Shown: positions 51,650-63,935, counted from the stretch's first letter. The stretch is 64,000 bases of DNA from Raillietiella orientalis (GCA_036172245.1 JAYWIR010000034.1:1426001-1490000), one strand, 5' to 3'. Program-made: numbers and translations. Notes: generated by a model from the letters alone, not told the origin.

Positions 51650-52077
51650 CGCCAGTTCTGACGTCAGCGCCGCGGCGGTCGAGGCACGCACCTGCGGTCT
51701 CCCATCATGGACTCCGGTGATTTGTATCCCCGCCCCCTTCGCGGGAAAGGCACGTTCTCGGGCATGCCCTCTCATTGGTCGGTCCTCTGACGTAACAAAT
51801 TAAAATCTGATCTGCGCCAATTAGGTCTCCTCCGACGCGTTCCGACCAGCCATTCACGACGGGATTAGGCGGCAGACGAGCGAATCAAGGCCTGCTGGGA
51901 GGATGATTACGCGCCCGCGAGCCCCCTTCGGCGCGCATGACAAGCGGCTTTAAGAGCGCTTTTGATGGATCGGGAAGCAGCCAAACGAGAAGCGGCCGTT
52001 GCTAGTGAGTGGTGTTCCTCCTGCCGTGCTGCTCCGAGCGGTGCCAGTGGGAGTCTGAGGTGTGCGTTGTGTGCAAC
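51650..52077 (+). promoter_or_regulatory. Probable proximal promoter / 5' leader of Zic
   Basis: CpG-rich segment directly upstream of the ATG. It contains CRE TGACGTCA (51659-51666), GC box CCCCGCCCC (51728-51736), E2F-like GCGGGAAA (51741-51748), inverted and forward CCAAT (51774-51778, 51817-51821), TGACGTAA (51788-51795), GGATTA (51862-51867) and TGATGGAT (51963-51970). The TSS cannot be determined from sequence. Confidence 0.55.
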
Positions 52078-53059
52078 ATGTTTATGGACGCGGGACATCA
52101 CATGGGGTTCAAGTTGAGCCCACCGGGACACCATGTGGCGAGCGACCACGCCGGCATCCAGGCGGCGGCGGCGGCGCCCCACTTCGCCGCCGCAGCCGCC
52201 GCCGCCGCCGCAGCCCAGACGAATGCCTACGGCGGCGTGCCGGGATCCCACCACCACCACATGACCCACCACCACCACGGGCACGTGGGCACGTACGCGA
52301 CCCGTGACTTCCTGCTGAGGCGCGCCGACCACGTCCCGGCGGCCGCTCTTGCCGCCGCCGGAGGCCTGGGCCACCACCACCACGACGCCCTCTCCGGAAA
52401 TCAGCATCATCACCACCACCACCATCACCACGGGATGTTCGTCGCCCCTTCGATGACCCATGGCGACGCGGCTGCGGCTGCGGCCGCGGCCGCCGCAGCC
52501 GCAGCCGCCGCACCCGCCATGCTCTTCCCCAGCCTGCATGAATCTGCTCACCACCACCACCACCACCAGCACCCTCATGTGAACAGCCAGATGAGGCTGG
52601 CGTCTGTGGAGTGGCCCCGGGCGGACCAGTTCAACCACATGGGCACCCCCAACCAGTTTCACCCTCACATGAACATCGGTCCCATGAGCGCCGTAGGGCA
52701 CCACGGACCCGGAGCGTTCTTCAGGTACATGCGGCAGCCCATCAAGCAGGAGATGTCATGCATGTGGGTGGAGGTGGACCAGTCGTCCCCCAAGAAGCCG
52801 TGCAACAAGACGTTCACCTCCATGCACGAGATCGTGACCCACATCACGGTGGAACACGTGGGTGGACCAGAGTGCTCCAACCACGCATGTCTGTGGCAGC
52901 ACTGCCCCAGGAACGGGAGACCCTTCAAGGCCAAGTACAAGCTAGTCAATCACATCCGCGTGCACACGGGAGAGAAGCCCTTCCCGTGCCCTTTCCCCGG
53001 GTGCGGGAAGGTCTTTGCCCGCAGCGAGAACCTCAAGATTCATAAGAGGACACACACAG
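52078..53059 (+). CDS. Zic (opa): Zic/odd-paired family zinc-finger transcription factor, coding exon 1 (N-terminus, ZOC, ZF-NC, ZF1-ZF3)
   Basis: ATG at 52078 ([16 protein letters not shown]...), with in-frame stops TAG TGA at 52003-52008 upstream. ZOC-type motif ATRDFLLRR at 52297-52323. [18 protein letters not shown] at 52711-52752. Fingers [34 protein letters not shown] and [23 protein letters not shown] are diagnostic of Zic. The exon ends at HT-G|gtaaga (donor GT at 53060). The exact start (ATG 52078 vs the nearby in-frame ATG 52084) is inferred. Confidence 0.97.
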
Positions 53060-56000
53060 GTAAGAGGTGGGGTTCGGGTTGGAGGGTCAGTCGGAGGCAC
53101 CACGCATCGCTTTGGGGGCCTCCCTTTCCGCTTGCATTCCTCTCGTCGACTTTCGGGCTCGCGAGCGCCACCCCCATTCCCTCGTTCCGCTTGGCTGCCG
53201 CGACCCGGACGGGGTCATCGCCCTAGCCGTCCCGGTCTTTTACGCGCAAGGGGAGGCGATGCGGGCGAGCAGCTCGCCGCAGCGTGCTCCTCTCCCTGTT
53301 CCCGAACGAGGAAACCCGCGCGGGGAGGGGAAGGGGGCCCATGAACAGCAGGGCATCCGTCGTCAGGAAGCAGCCCTTCTTCCATGAACAGCCGAACATC
53401 CCCAAACGGTGGCGGATGCGTGGGGAGAGAGTGCGCGCAGAGGTGGGAATCGCCCTGTCGTCTTTTTCTCCTCTTCGCATCCCCTCCCCCTCCCTTTGAC
53501 CACCCCAGCAGCAGCGGCACTATCACCAGGTCTGTCCCTCGCTCTTCCATCCTTGCCGCTGCCAGGCAACCCCCCCACCCGCCGCCCCACTCCCTCGGAT
53601 GACATCGTGCGCGCACCAAGGAGTCTTCGTCAAGGTCACGGAGGTGTCCCCTTGAGGGTGACAAGATCGATTCCGGCTGTAAAACACTGGTGGTCCAGAG
53701 GAGATTTTTATCTCTACATGTTCTCTGGACCGCCGGACGGGGTTGTAAAGATGATGCGCGCGCTCCCCCTCCCTGCGGGCTTCCTTTCCGGCGAGGAGGC
53801 GGGGGGGGGGAGCTTAGGGCTTTCGCCGCCTAAGGGAGCAAGCGAAGAGCTCACCCTTGCAACTGCCGCTCTTCCGGAGTGGTGGCAAGTGGACTACGAG
53901 TACCGAGGGCTACCCTTCGTCCCTTTCGTGCGGTTCCCATAAGACTGCGAAAGCTGTCCACTCCCGGAAAACCCGTGAAGAGGCGTCAAGAGGGATGTCC
54001 CGCCTAGCACGGGTGGGGACTCCACGAAAGGGGTAGGAGAAGCTCGAGCGGGCTTGGAGCGCGGCGGGATCTCAATGAAAGGGGGAGGGAGGCGCCCTAC
54101 CCACGATTTTTTTCATCCGCCCGGGATAGGCAAGGGGAACCACGACTTCCCAGCCCTCCTGAGCGGTCGTTCGGCCCGCAGAGACTGCAGGGTCGAGGGG
54201 TCTGCAGACGGAAGGGGTCCAGCGAGGACGGGGGACCTTGAGAGTAGCGCGCCTCTTGGTCCACTGGCAAAGGAAGCCGCCGCTGCTGCCGCTCCCCTGC
54301 AACCGGAGCCCGAGCTTTGCCTCCCGGGCACGTCCGGACTCTGCTTCAAGTGGCTACGATCGCTCCCTCCTGCCGATTCCGGGGATCCGGTTACGACGGC
54401 GCGGGATCCTCTCGGCGGGCGGGACCCGCCGCCGCCGCTTCCCGACAGAGCTCCCCGCCCGCCGCCGCCGCTATGCACGTGCCCGGGAATCGCTGAGGAA
54501 GCGCGCGCCCGAGACCTCTACGTGCCCGGGAATAAACCGTCGGTGTACCGTCACGCGGGAAAAGGACGTTCGGGAACTCCCGGGCACGATCCGTCCTCAC
54601 CTCCCGTCGCTGCCAGCTCCCCTTTTTCCTCCCAACCGCATCCACGGGTCTTCCGGGGCACTTCTGCCCCCATTTTTTCCCCTCCCGCACGCTTCTAGTG
54701 CTTCCTCCAGACGTGCAACGGCTTCCCGAGGAGCCACAGACGCGCGCGGGAACGGCCACTCCTCGGTGCCACGGAACCTTTTCCCACGGAATCTGGAATG
54801 CCTTCGGCGTCTCATGGGGGGGGGGGGGGAGCAGATCCTCGCTTCCCGAGACTCGCCGCCTGTGTAAGGACGAGCTGCCGCTTCGCGGGTCCATGAAGAG
54901 AAATAATCGTATCCCACCCTCATCCCCGCGCGTCCCCTGATTCCCGGAACACACGGGAAAACAGTATCGATGACGGAGAGATGATTCTCCAGCGGGGCGA
55001 TAGAGGTGGTGCCGGTCTCCTGGACACCATCATGAGCACCGTTGTCCCTCCACCTATCCCACGGCGTGGGCGTCGGCGCGCGTGCACAGGTGCAACAGCG
55101 TCCTTGACTGCTCGCGTCATTGCCACGCCCATCGCCGTCCCGCCACCATCTTCGTCCAGGCCTCTCGCTGTCGCTGCCTTTCCTTTCCATCCCCCCCTTC
55201 GGCCTTACCCGCTCATCGCCCCGAGTCCCTTGGAAGCGCTCCGGTAGAAGTCCCGGACGTACTCCAAGAGATCTTTCCCTGGACCCGCACTGCTACTCAG
55301 GCAACAGGAAGGGAGGAGGAGAAACAAGTCGCCGGATACTCCTCTCCGTTTCCCTTTCGTGCTGCCTCTTCCCTTCCAACTCGCTTCCGCGTTGAGGAGA
55401 AGGAAAATGGGGATTCGGTAGGCGGAGCCGATACCGTCCTGTCCTTCGAAAAAAGGGGCGGGAAGAGGAGGTGCTACGGTACTTCGCGGAGCCCTCCCGC
55501 CGCTTTGCCGGAATCCGCTCCTGGGGCAAGGGCCGTTGGGATTTTGGGAAGGGGAGGGGATTCCCCATTAGCGAGTCTGCGGAACCCCTGGACGCAGACG
55601 TTTTTCCCCTGGGAAAGAGCGAAGCATTCTCTCGCCCTTGCAGAACTTCTCCCCCTTTTCTCCCCAGTTGCGCCCCCTACCCTCCCGCATAGCTCCGCCC
55701 TCAAATCTCCCCCACAGGGCGACGCGGAAGGGCGCTTTTTTTGTTGTTGTTTTCCGCGCTCCCCGCATGCACCCTTCCGAGACCGGGGGGAGGCGACCCC
55801 AACCAACAACCCCTTCGTCGTGGGATCTGTTCGCAGATGAAACCGCCCGAGGTTCCGGGAAGGGGCGCGCCGTCATTTCCGCTTTCCTTTTGCCCACCTC
55901 GCCCTCGGCTTTCTCCCAACGCGCCGTCCTGTAGGAAACGATTCTCGAGTTCCCTCTGACGAGATTGGGGACGCCTCTCCCCGCCCTCTTTCTGCAGAGC

Positions 56001-58741
56001 GTGCCGCGGCGTGGGCTGCACGCGCGCCCTTCCTCAAAGCCTCCCCGAAAAGATGAGTTCCGGGAGGAAAAATAGGACTTTTTCCCTTCTCCATACTCGG
56101 GAGTGGGCGTTTCCCTATGCCTCATGTGCAGCAGAAATGGGGATACGCTGCTCCCGCCTTGTCTCCCGTTCTGAGCGTCCCTACGCAGGAACAGAAGGGA
56201 AAGGGGAAGAAGATAAGGAAGCATATGGAGAAGGTTCAAAAAGGGGGGCGGAGGCGGAGAGCAGAGTGCCCTCCTCTTTGCCTTCTTCCCCTCTCTTCCT
56301 GTCTCCTCCAGTTCACGGTCATTCTTGGGCGACCCCCCCTTCACACATACAAAGGTATCCCAATGTCCAAGGGCTGCGGCATGTTTGTCCCTTCCTCCTT
56401 TTGGTCCCTCCTCCCCTCTGTCCCCCTCTCTTTTTTTTGTTTCCCTTTCTTTTTCCGTGCCTGGTGACACGAAACCCCTCACCCCTCTCGGATCCGAAAC
56501 GACGAGGGAAATAATTAACTGGGATGAGGGTTGGATTGACTCCGCCGACTGCCACCGAAGGCGCCCTGCTGAGCGTTCGAGGGCCGAACAAAGCGGCCCG
56601 CGCTCTTGTCAAGAGGGCGACAAGTTGAAATACGGCAGCGTCTTCGGCGTTTCCACGCCAACCGACCGGACCGGGACGACGGGCACCATATCCCTGTCCC
56701 CTCCCATTTCTACCCGCCCCTCCCCTGTCTGCTGTCCCCTCCTGCTCTCTCTTCCCCCCTCCAGGAAAGCGGAGGAGGAGAGGAGGAGGGCGAAAGAAGA
56801 AGAAGACGAAGACGAAGAAAAAGTGCGCGAAGGGCCGGAACGAACCCACAATCATCCCGGCGTGCTCCGAGCTCCATCACTCATGGAAACCGCCGCTCCC
56901 GGACAGTTATGCGAGGATCATAGACACCCGCGGGTCAGATTTATCGCCTCCATTATTCCGAGGATAACGGGGATTCGCATTCTTGACGCACAAAGGTGGG
57001 GACCGTGGGAGGGGGACTCGTCCCATTCCCCTCCTCCTCCTCTTCTCACGGAACCAGGATCTTCCTTTCGGTCCCTCTCCAGACTCTCCCCGATCGAATT
57101 TCCAGGAGGGAAAGGAGAAAAAAGGAAATAGAAGCAAAACAAAAACTGGGAGAGGAAGGAGAATAGGGTGAGGGACGAGGGGAGAGATGCTTCCAGAACA
57201 GTCCACTCGCCCCCCTCCTCGGAGAAACCGGATGCAGCAACCCTGGCACCGCCGGAGTCTCCGGAAGGAAGCGTGCCTCCCAGCCCCTCTCCTCCGGGAG
57301 CCGCTGGGCAAAATCCGGAACGCTTCCTCCATAGTCCTGCGCGCGCGACGATCAGCGGCAGTCCCCTTTTCTTCCCTACAGCAGTCATTTGGCTCCCTCC
57401 GGAGCTGCAGGGAAGACTGGGGGAGGGACACAAACGAAGGGAGGCTCGAAAGGGACCGCTCCTTTTGCCCACACAGCCCTGCTCCCTGAAGAGTGTACTC
57501 ACCTAGCACGGGAGTCAGTTCCTCTACCCTCCCTATATACATCCCTGTTTCTCGGACCGGGAGCGCGTCATCGCACGCGTGGCCTCAATTCCCAGCCGGA
57601 CAGACTTCCGCCCGCCCGAGCTCGGAAAAAGAAAAAAAATCCGGGGTCGCCAACGAAATTCTCGCATCTGCCACGCACCCCTCCTTGATCGGGAGGGAAG
57701 CGGAGAGCCGAACCCGTCGCCTTCCCGAGCGCATCCTTTCCTCGTCCCCTTTCACATGTTCCCAGGGGCTGCGAGGAGCGTCGGAGGCGCGAGAAACTGG
57801 GACGCATCCGGTCACCACGACTTCCTTTCGCAGTTTCCGCAGCCTCCTCGTTCACTCGGCGGCGGCAGCGAGTAGGAGGCGCCCACCCCCGCCACCCCCT
57901 GGGTAACGGACGTGCCTTTTCCTCTTCTCCCTGTTCGTTTGTTAGCATTCCGGGGAGATTGACACGGGTGATACGAGAAGGGCAGGAGCAGGAGGAGGTG
58001 AGAAATCTCTTCCTGCCCCTCCCCTTCAGCTCAGCTCCTGACTGCTCGTCTGCTGTAGCCGACGGAAAGCTTCCGCATCGCCAAGTGGCTGCTGCATCGC
58101 TCCTCGCGGCCAGAGTGGTCCAGAAAGCTGCTACATTCCCTTTTGAGAAGTCGCCCACCACACCGTCACAGAACTTCCTATACAGACGTGTGCCGCTGGT
58201 TTGCCTGGGGACGCGTGCTGGGCGATATTCAGGGATCCCGCCGAAATATGGAAGCCCATCGACGCCTCGGCGTCCCGGCATGACCCGCCCTTGTGCGCGT
58301 GCACCTGCGCGGCATCAGCAGCATTTCCGCAGCTTTCTTCTCTCCTGCGCCCGCGTTGGCATCAGCAGCAGGGCGAATTTAGCCTTCGGGAATGGCACTG
58401 CCACTCTCCCTTCCCATTCCTCCCCCTTCTGCCCCGTTTCTGGCCCGAGCAGAGGAAACCACTGGTTGTAACCGCTGGGCAACTCTCTCCTCACCCCTCC
58501 GCTCTGACCGCGACAGTCTCTGTGCACCGTACCGCTCTTTTCTCCTTCCACTCGAATGAGAACAGGAATTTTTACCCACGCTTTTCCCGAGCGCTCGGAA
58601 ATCAGTGAGAGACGAAGGGACCAAGGAAGGCAATATCTCCTTTTCCTCCGGAAAAAGAGGGATGAGGGAAATTTCGGAAGATGGGGGCGGGGGGCGAAGA
58701 GTTGACTGCTCCCACGAGATGACGCGGCCCTCTGCTTGCAG
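53060..58741 (+). other. GT-AG phase-1 intron of Zic (5682 bp) between ZF3 and ZF4
   Basis: GTAAGA donor and TGCAG acceptor. Splicing restores the HTGEKP linker. The position matches the intron conserved across bilaterian Zic genes. Confidence 0.93.
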
Positions 58742-59172
58742 GAGAGAAACCCTTCAAGTGCGAGTTCGACGGGTGTGACCGGCGTTTCGCCAACAGCTCG
58801 GACCGCAAGAAGCACTCCCACGTCCACACGTCCGACAAGCCGTACAACTGCAAGGTCAAAGGCTGCGACAAGAGCTACACGCACCCCAGCTCTCTGCGCA
58901 AGCATATGAAGGCGCATGGCAAGTCCGTATCTGACGGCTACGAGACGCCCAGCAGCAACGCCTCGGCCAACTCCAGCATGAGTTCCAACCTGCACTCGCC
59001 TCAGCAGACGACCCCCCTGACCATTGGCGGCCATGGGTCGGCCCATTCGGCGACGGCGAACCTTTCCGAGTGGTACGTGCGCCAAACCATGGGCGGTATG
59101 CCCACGCCTCCCTCGAACGAACCTTCTCCCATCCCGCATCATCACTTGCTTACCCCAGTCATCGGTTTCTAA
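58742..59172 (+). CDS. Zic (opa): Zic/odd-paired family transcription factor, coding exon 2 (ZF4, ZF5, C-terminus)
   Basis: Acceptor ctctgcttgcag ends at 58741. The phase-1 join G|GA restores HTGEKPF. Translation: [62 protein letters not shown]...NLSEWYV...GMPTPPS...VIGF*, stop TAA at 59170-59172. Spliced CDS is 982+431=1413 nt, 470 aa. Confidence 0.97.
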
Positions 59173-60009
59173 ATAGGAAAGCCGAACGAAATGGGGTAGG
59201 GGATGTAAGGGGAGGAGAAGGGAGGGGGGATGGAAGGCGAAGAGGAAAACCCTCCTCCTCCTTTTCTTCTCCCTCCTCTTCCTTTTCCCTCCTTCCGGAA
59301 TGCTTCCTATTCATCGTTTCGTCCCCCTCGCAACAGGCAAAGCGATGCTGGGTTGTGTCGTGTATCCGCCCCCGCCCACCCTACGCCCTCCCACCCTCCA
59401 TCCGCCTGTGTCCCCCCGTCGCTTGCAAAGAAGCGAAACGAAACAAAAAGAGAGAAAAAAAAAAAAAAAATCTTCGCCGTGGTGTTCGTGGCGGCGGCGG
59501 CGGCGGCGGCGGCACCACACCCACCACTGCAGCCGCCCTTTGGACGGCCACTTGATCTTGCTGACGGGTTGTGTGTTTCAGGGGGAAAAGAAGCTGGTGA
59601 CCTTGGGCCAGCTTCGGAAAATTCGCGTCATGACCCAGCATCTCTTTGCGCCGCTCCCGCAACAGTCAGCAAAGACTTTCGGTCTTTGAACCGAACGCAG
59701 AAGGGGAACGCAAGCAGCTATGTCGGTTGTCGTTGTTGTCGTTGTTGTTGTTCTTTCCCCCGCAAAGTGGAAACAGTGCGGAAAAGTGAAAGTGAAATCC
59801 ACCTTCACCCAGGCCCCTGCCCCACCCGAAAAGAAAAAAAAAAAAAAAAACGAACGGACGCGCGGACAGACAAACCCACCCTGTTCGAGCGGCCGATTCA
59901 TTCCTGTGATCCTGGTTGACCCACCAACCACTCTACAGATAAGTCAATGTTATAGGAAGAAGGTTGTTTTTATTTATTGAGAGGCAAAAGAAAAAAAAAA
60001 AAAAACGGG

Positions 60010-60015
60010 ATTAAA
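60010..60015 (+). other. Candidate polyadenylation signal for Zic
   Basis: ATTAAA ~840 nt after the stop codon, preceded by U-rich TTTTTATTTATT and followed by GT-rich GCTGTTGTTATTG. No transcript evidence. Confidence 0.3.
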
Positions 60016-61629
60016 GCTATTTCGACATTGGCTGTTGTTATTGCTGCTGCTGCTGCTGTTGTCGCCGTCATTGTCGCTGCTGCTCGGGAAGATTTTCGGG
60101 AGCGCACCGAGAAACATGATCGTAGAGTCAGGCAGAGAACACGCCCGAACAATCCCCTTTCCCTCCAAAACCCCTCCCTCGTGTCCGTTAGGCGAGGCAG
60201 GCGATGAGCGAGAGATGGTCAGCAGCATCTTCAGTTGGTCATTGCCAGGGTGCTTGGGCATCGCCCTGCTCTTCCACTCTCGTGCTCACCCCATCCTTTC
60301 TCTCCGTGCCTGAGAACGGATGCGCACTCTTCGCTTCCGGTTAGTGAGACGTAAGGATATCTGAAGCGGTCTGTTCGCCAGGGGACAAGACGCCTTGGCC
60401 CCTTGCACCGCGACCTTAGCGTCCGGGAGACGGGAGGAAGAGAGGGGCGGTGGTTGGCGGTCACCTCCCCTCCGGGGACGAGAAAGCGAAGGGTTCCCGG
60501 ATGGATGGGGAGGACCTCTCGGTCCGCGCCTCGGGGGCGCGCCAGAGTCATTACCACGAGGAGACCCGCCGGCCTCCAAAGGCTTGGGATCGCGGCAGCG
60601 GCGTACCCCGAGGGCGACATGTCACGTTCCGATAGATCCGCGGTCGTTTATCAGGGCGACAGGTACGGGCTAATGGAATCAGAGGAGCATTCCTCGCTCG
60701 GGCCCGCCTGCCCCGTCGGAATCCCAAGAATGTCCATTAAAGACCGTTCCTTCTTGCTCGCTCGCTACGCGGCCTGCGGCGAAGCGGCGCAGCAGGAAGG
60801 AAGAATGGAAGGAAAGCGGGCGTGGCAGCGGCGAAACGGAGCCTTCGGTCAGCGCGCGAGTGTGCGAGCCGGAAAGGGGAGAAGAGGGAGGGAGGGGGGA
60901 GAAAGGAAGACAAAGTGTCTTCCAGTAGTGTTTTCTTAAAATCTCTTCCCTTTCTATCCCACCTGCCCCCCTTCTGAGCTCCCCTTCCCTTGCTAGCGCT
61001 GACGTAATCGCTTCCCATCGTCCCCTTTCCGGATGGCAGCAGTAGCCACCCTCTAAGGGAATCCCTCGCGGAGAACGATGGCGGCAGGGAAGAGGGGGAA
61101 GGGTTCGAGGGGCAAGACATGCTCATGGTCTTCCAAGTGAGAGAACGCTGCCAGCACGTGGAGGGAGAGACCGGGACGAGCAGGGGAAGAAGTGTACTAC
61201 CAACGTATCTCACCCGCTTCTCTCCCTCCGAGGAGCTCCTCGGCGGGAGAAGGGCCCATGGGTCCCAGACTACGCGCCATCCTGTGACCTGGAGGTAATT
61301 ACGCACATGGAACGAATAGCCGGAGGAAAACAAGAATGGTCGTCCTCTCCCTATCGCGCGCGCGCCGCTGCCACTGGTCCCTTTTTTCTCGCGCGCGCGC
61401 CCCGGCTGTGGGAGGGAGGGAAGAAGGAAAAAAAAAAAAATCCCCCGTAACGGCGAGCGTGTTCCCGATCCTCGCCGACAATGGGCTCCGGATTGTTCCG
61501 AGTTAATGATTGCCCGCTCCGGGACGCGGTCCTTTCACCCACGGCATTGCGGGGCTGACAGCTCCCGTCCGCTCGGCTGCGCTGGCCGCTGCCTTTGTTC
61601 GCCGGGAAGGGCGCGTTTCGCGCGCGGAT

Positions 61630-61647
61630 GCGCGCGCGCGCGCGCGC
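61630..61647. repeat. (GC)9 dinucleotide run
   Basis: gcgcgcgcgcgcgcgcgc, with shorter (CG)5 runs at 61355-61365 and 61390-61400. Confidence 0.95.
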
Positions 61648-63858
61648 TTTTCGGGAAGGGGGAGCGGGGGAAGAGGGTGTATATGTGTGGAAGGAAGAAA
61701 TGGGGAGGAAGGGGGTGCGGGCGGGCGGAAAGGGTTGAGGAGAAAAGGGAGGGAGGGCGTGACGCATCCAGGGAGGAGGCATAGTAGAGGATGTGGTGTG
61801 ACGACTTGATCGTGGATGAGGGAGGGGTAGCCGCTGCCCCCCTGATCCTCGCAGAGAGGCGCAACTGCGCACCTTCAGCCACCCATCCCACTCGCCCTCG
61901 TACGAATTCCTCACCACCGCGGCGGTGGCAGGAGAGGCGGCTTTTCGTAAGGGAGAAGGGGTTGTTTTTTCCCTTGCGAACCCTCAGGCGCTCCACCACC
62001 CACGAGGCTCCGAAGAAAGACATCTACTCCATGCTCTCGCCCCTTCTTCACCGTCCCGGAGGAGCAGGAACGAACATCTTCCTATCCCACTCGGGAAGGG
62101 AGGCGAACGCAGATTCCGTCGAATAGGCGTAGGGATTCAGGGAAGGGTTAGAGAGATTCTCCATCTTTCCCGCGGCCGCTGAAGGAGGAGGAGAGCTAAA
62201 GAAATCCATTCCATCCTATCCCGCTTTTCGGGGAGGCGACGTGCCCCTTGAGATTTCAGGAGAAGCAGGGGGAGAAGGGAGGAGGGAATTCAGAACTGCT
62301 CGAGGGAGAAAGAGAAACAGGAAGCGGGAAAAAGAGACGACGGAACGTCCAGACAGAGAGAGACCAGACGCCATCCAGAACCCTAGCTCCATAGGATCGC
62401 GGACCTCGCCCTTCAGGGGAGGGGAGAGCTGACTACTCATCTGGAATGCACCTTCCCTTTCCCCCCAAGGAAACAAGCTCATGGGATTGCCTCTGCGGTC
62501 GAAGGTGGTCCTATCCAACCTGCTACGCGGGGTTCTCACCGCTGCCAAAGAGGTCTAGGGAGCGTGTCTCTCCTGGAAAGAAAGGCAGTGGCTTCCCGTC
62601 ACGGGAGGGTCTCCTGAAGAAACCACATGGAACTTGGGATATCCCCGGCATCGGAGAAACGTCTTCTGGGATACCAGGAGAGGGTGGACGGGCTAGGAGG
62701 AGGAAAACGGGGAGTCTCGGAGGTCGGGGGAAGTTCGTCACCTCTTCTCACGCTTCTCAGACCCCTTCGCCAAGCGGAGCAGATCGCATCCTGGATCAGA
62801 AATTTTCCCTGACACGTGTCTAACAGCCACGTTTCTCCTTTCCCGAATGGAGGGAGGATAGAAGAGGGGAGGAACGTTCCTGTTCGAGAGCACGCGTAAA
62901 GGGAGTTCTTTTCTCTTGAAGGCCCACTAGGAGAGTTTCCTCCCCTCATCTGTCGCTAGGAGACTGTTTTCTCGAGGGGCCCCATCGCCGCTGAGGCGGG
63001 TGCACAATCTGGGGAAAAAGGAAGGAGGGCAGTGTCCTTGGAAACTCCAGGACGCCGCTTCACAGTGGAGAGAGATGGGGATGTCAGCAAAAAGTGGGGA
63101 GGAGGGATCCGGCAAGACGGTGGATGGAGGATGGTGAAGGAGTGGTAAACGGATGGGGGAAAGGAGGGAAAGAGATAAAAAAAAAAAAAAAAGAAGGTCC
63201 ATTGTCGTCGTGGTCAACTACCCCCTCCCCCATCTTTAGCCGTCGGCGCTCACATGCCTCGGAGCAGGCTGACAGCTGTGGGCTGCTTTCCTGAATGGTC
63301 CTGAGGGTCCATCAGAGGGTCGTACACGCCCCCGAGTTCGCTTTCCCGTCCGATGAAAAGGAGAATCACCGGCGCGTCCGGAACAAAAACAAGAGAGAAA
63401 AGGGTGAAGGGTGAGCGGAAACTTCTCATTGTCAAGGAGACGGAGGAGAGGAGGAGCGGGGGAGGGAGGGAGCGGCGGCGGCGGACTGAGGGGGGGAAGG
63501 TCTCCCTTTCTTCTCCCCCTCCATTGTCTCCCCTTCGGGAGCTCCTGCTCCTCCACCCAAGACAGATTAGAGAACCGGTTCTGGAAGACGCGTCGGTCGT
63601 TCGACGGGCCGCAAAGTTCGAGCGGCCGACAGCTGAATTTATCAATCACGGAGCCGTTAGGCCCTGGAGGGAAGAGCCCGCTCCATCCCCCTCCTCCTCC
63701 GACGGCCTTCGTCTCGAGCGGGAAGACGGAGAGGAGGAGGAGGAGGCGGTCTGCTCCATCGCGCGCGGCGGACGTCCGTCAGCCTCCGCTGTCATGTCAC
63801 GCGGGGGGTTTTCTTCTCCCTTTCCTTCTTTCTCCCTTCCCTCCCTTCCTTTCTCCAG

Positions 63859-63935
63859 AGATCAAAGGGAAGACCCTAACTCTCTCTCCTTTCTCCTTAT
63901 CTCCGCAGATCAAAGGGCCTTCCCCTTTGATCTGC
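63859..63935. promoter_or_regulatory. Cluster of three optimal TCF/LEF (Pangolin) sites, candidate Wnt-response element
   Basis: AGATCAAAGGG at 63859-63869 and 63907-63917, and CCCTTTGATCT at 63923-63933. Confidence 0.6.

Noticed and set aside
1..52000. Transposase, reverse transcriptase, integrase or viral ORFs; CRISPR-like arrays
   Set aside because: No recognisable catalytic motifs in the translations and no regularly spaced repeat-spacer array seen. Highly decayed elements or short exons could be missed by eye.
52009..52077. GTG-started N-terminal extension in the ORF track
   Set aside because: Non-ATG start with an uncharacteristic Cys-rich translation. The first in-frame ATG is 52078.
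51907..52704. 265-aa antisense ORF (and 58315-59145, 276 aa)
   Set aside because: Shadow ORFs opposite the GC3-rich Zic exons.
53060..53226. Read-through tail of the 405-aa ORF (KRWGSGWRV...)
   Set aside because: Intron sequence after the GTAAGA donor. The zinc-finger array resumes at 58742.
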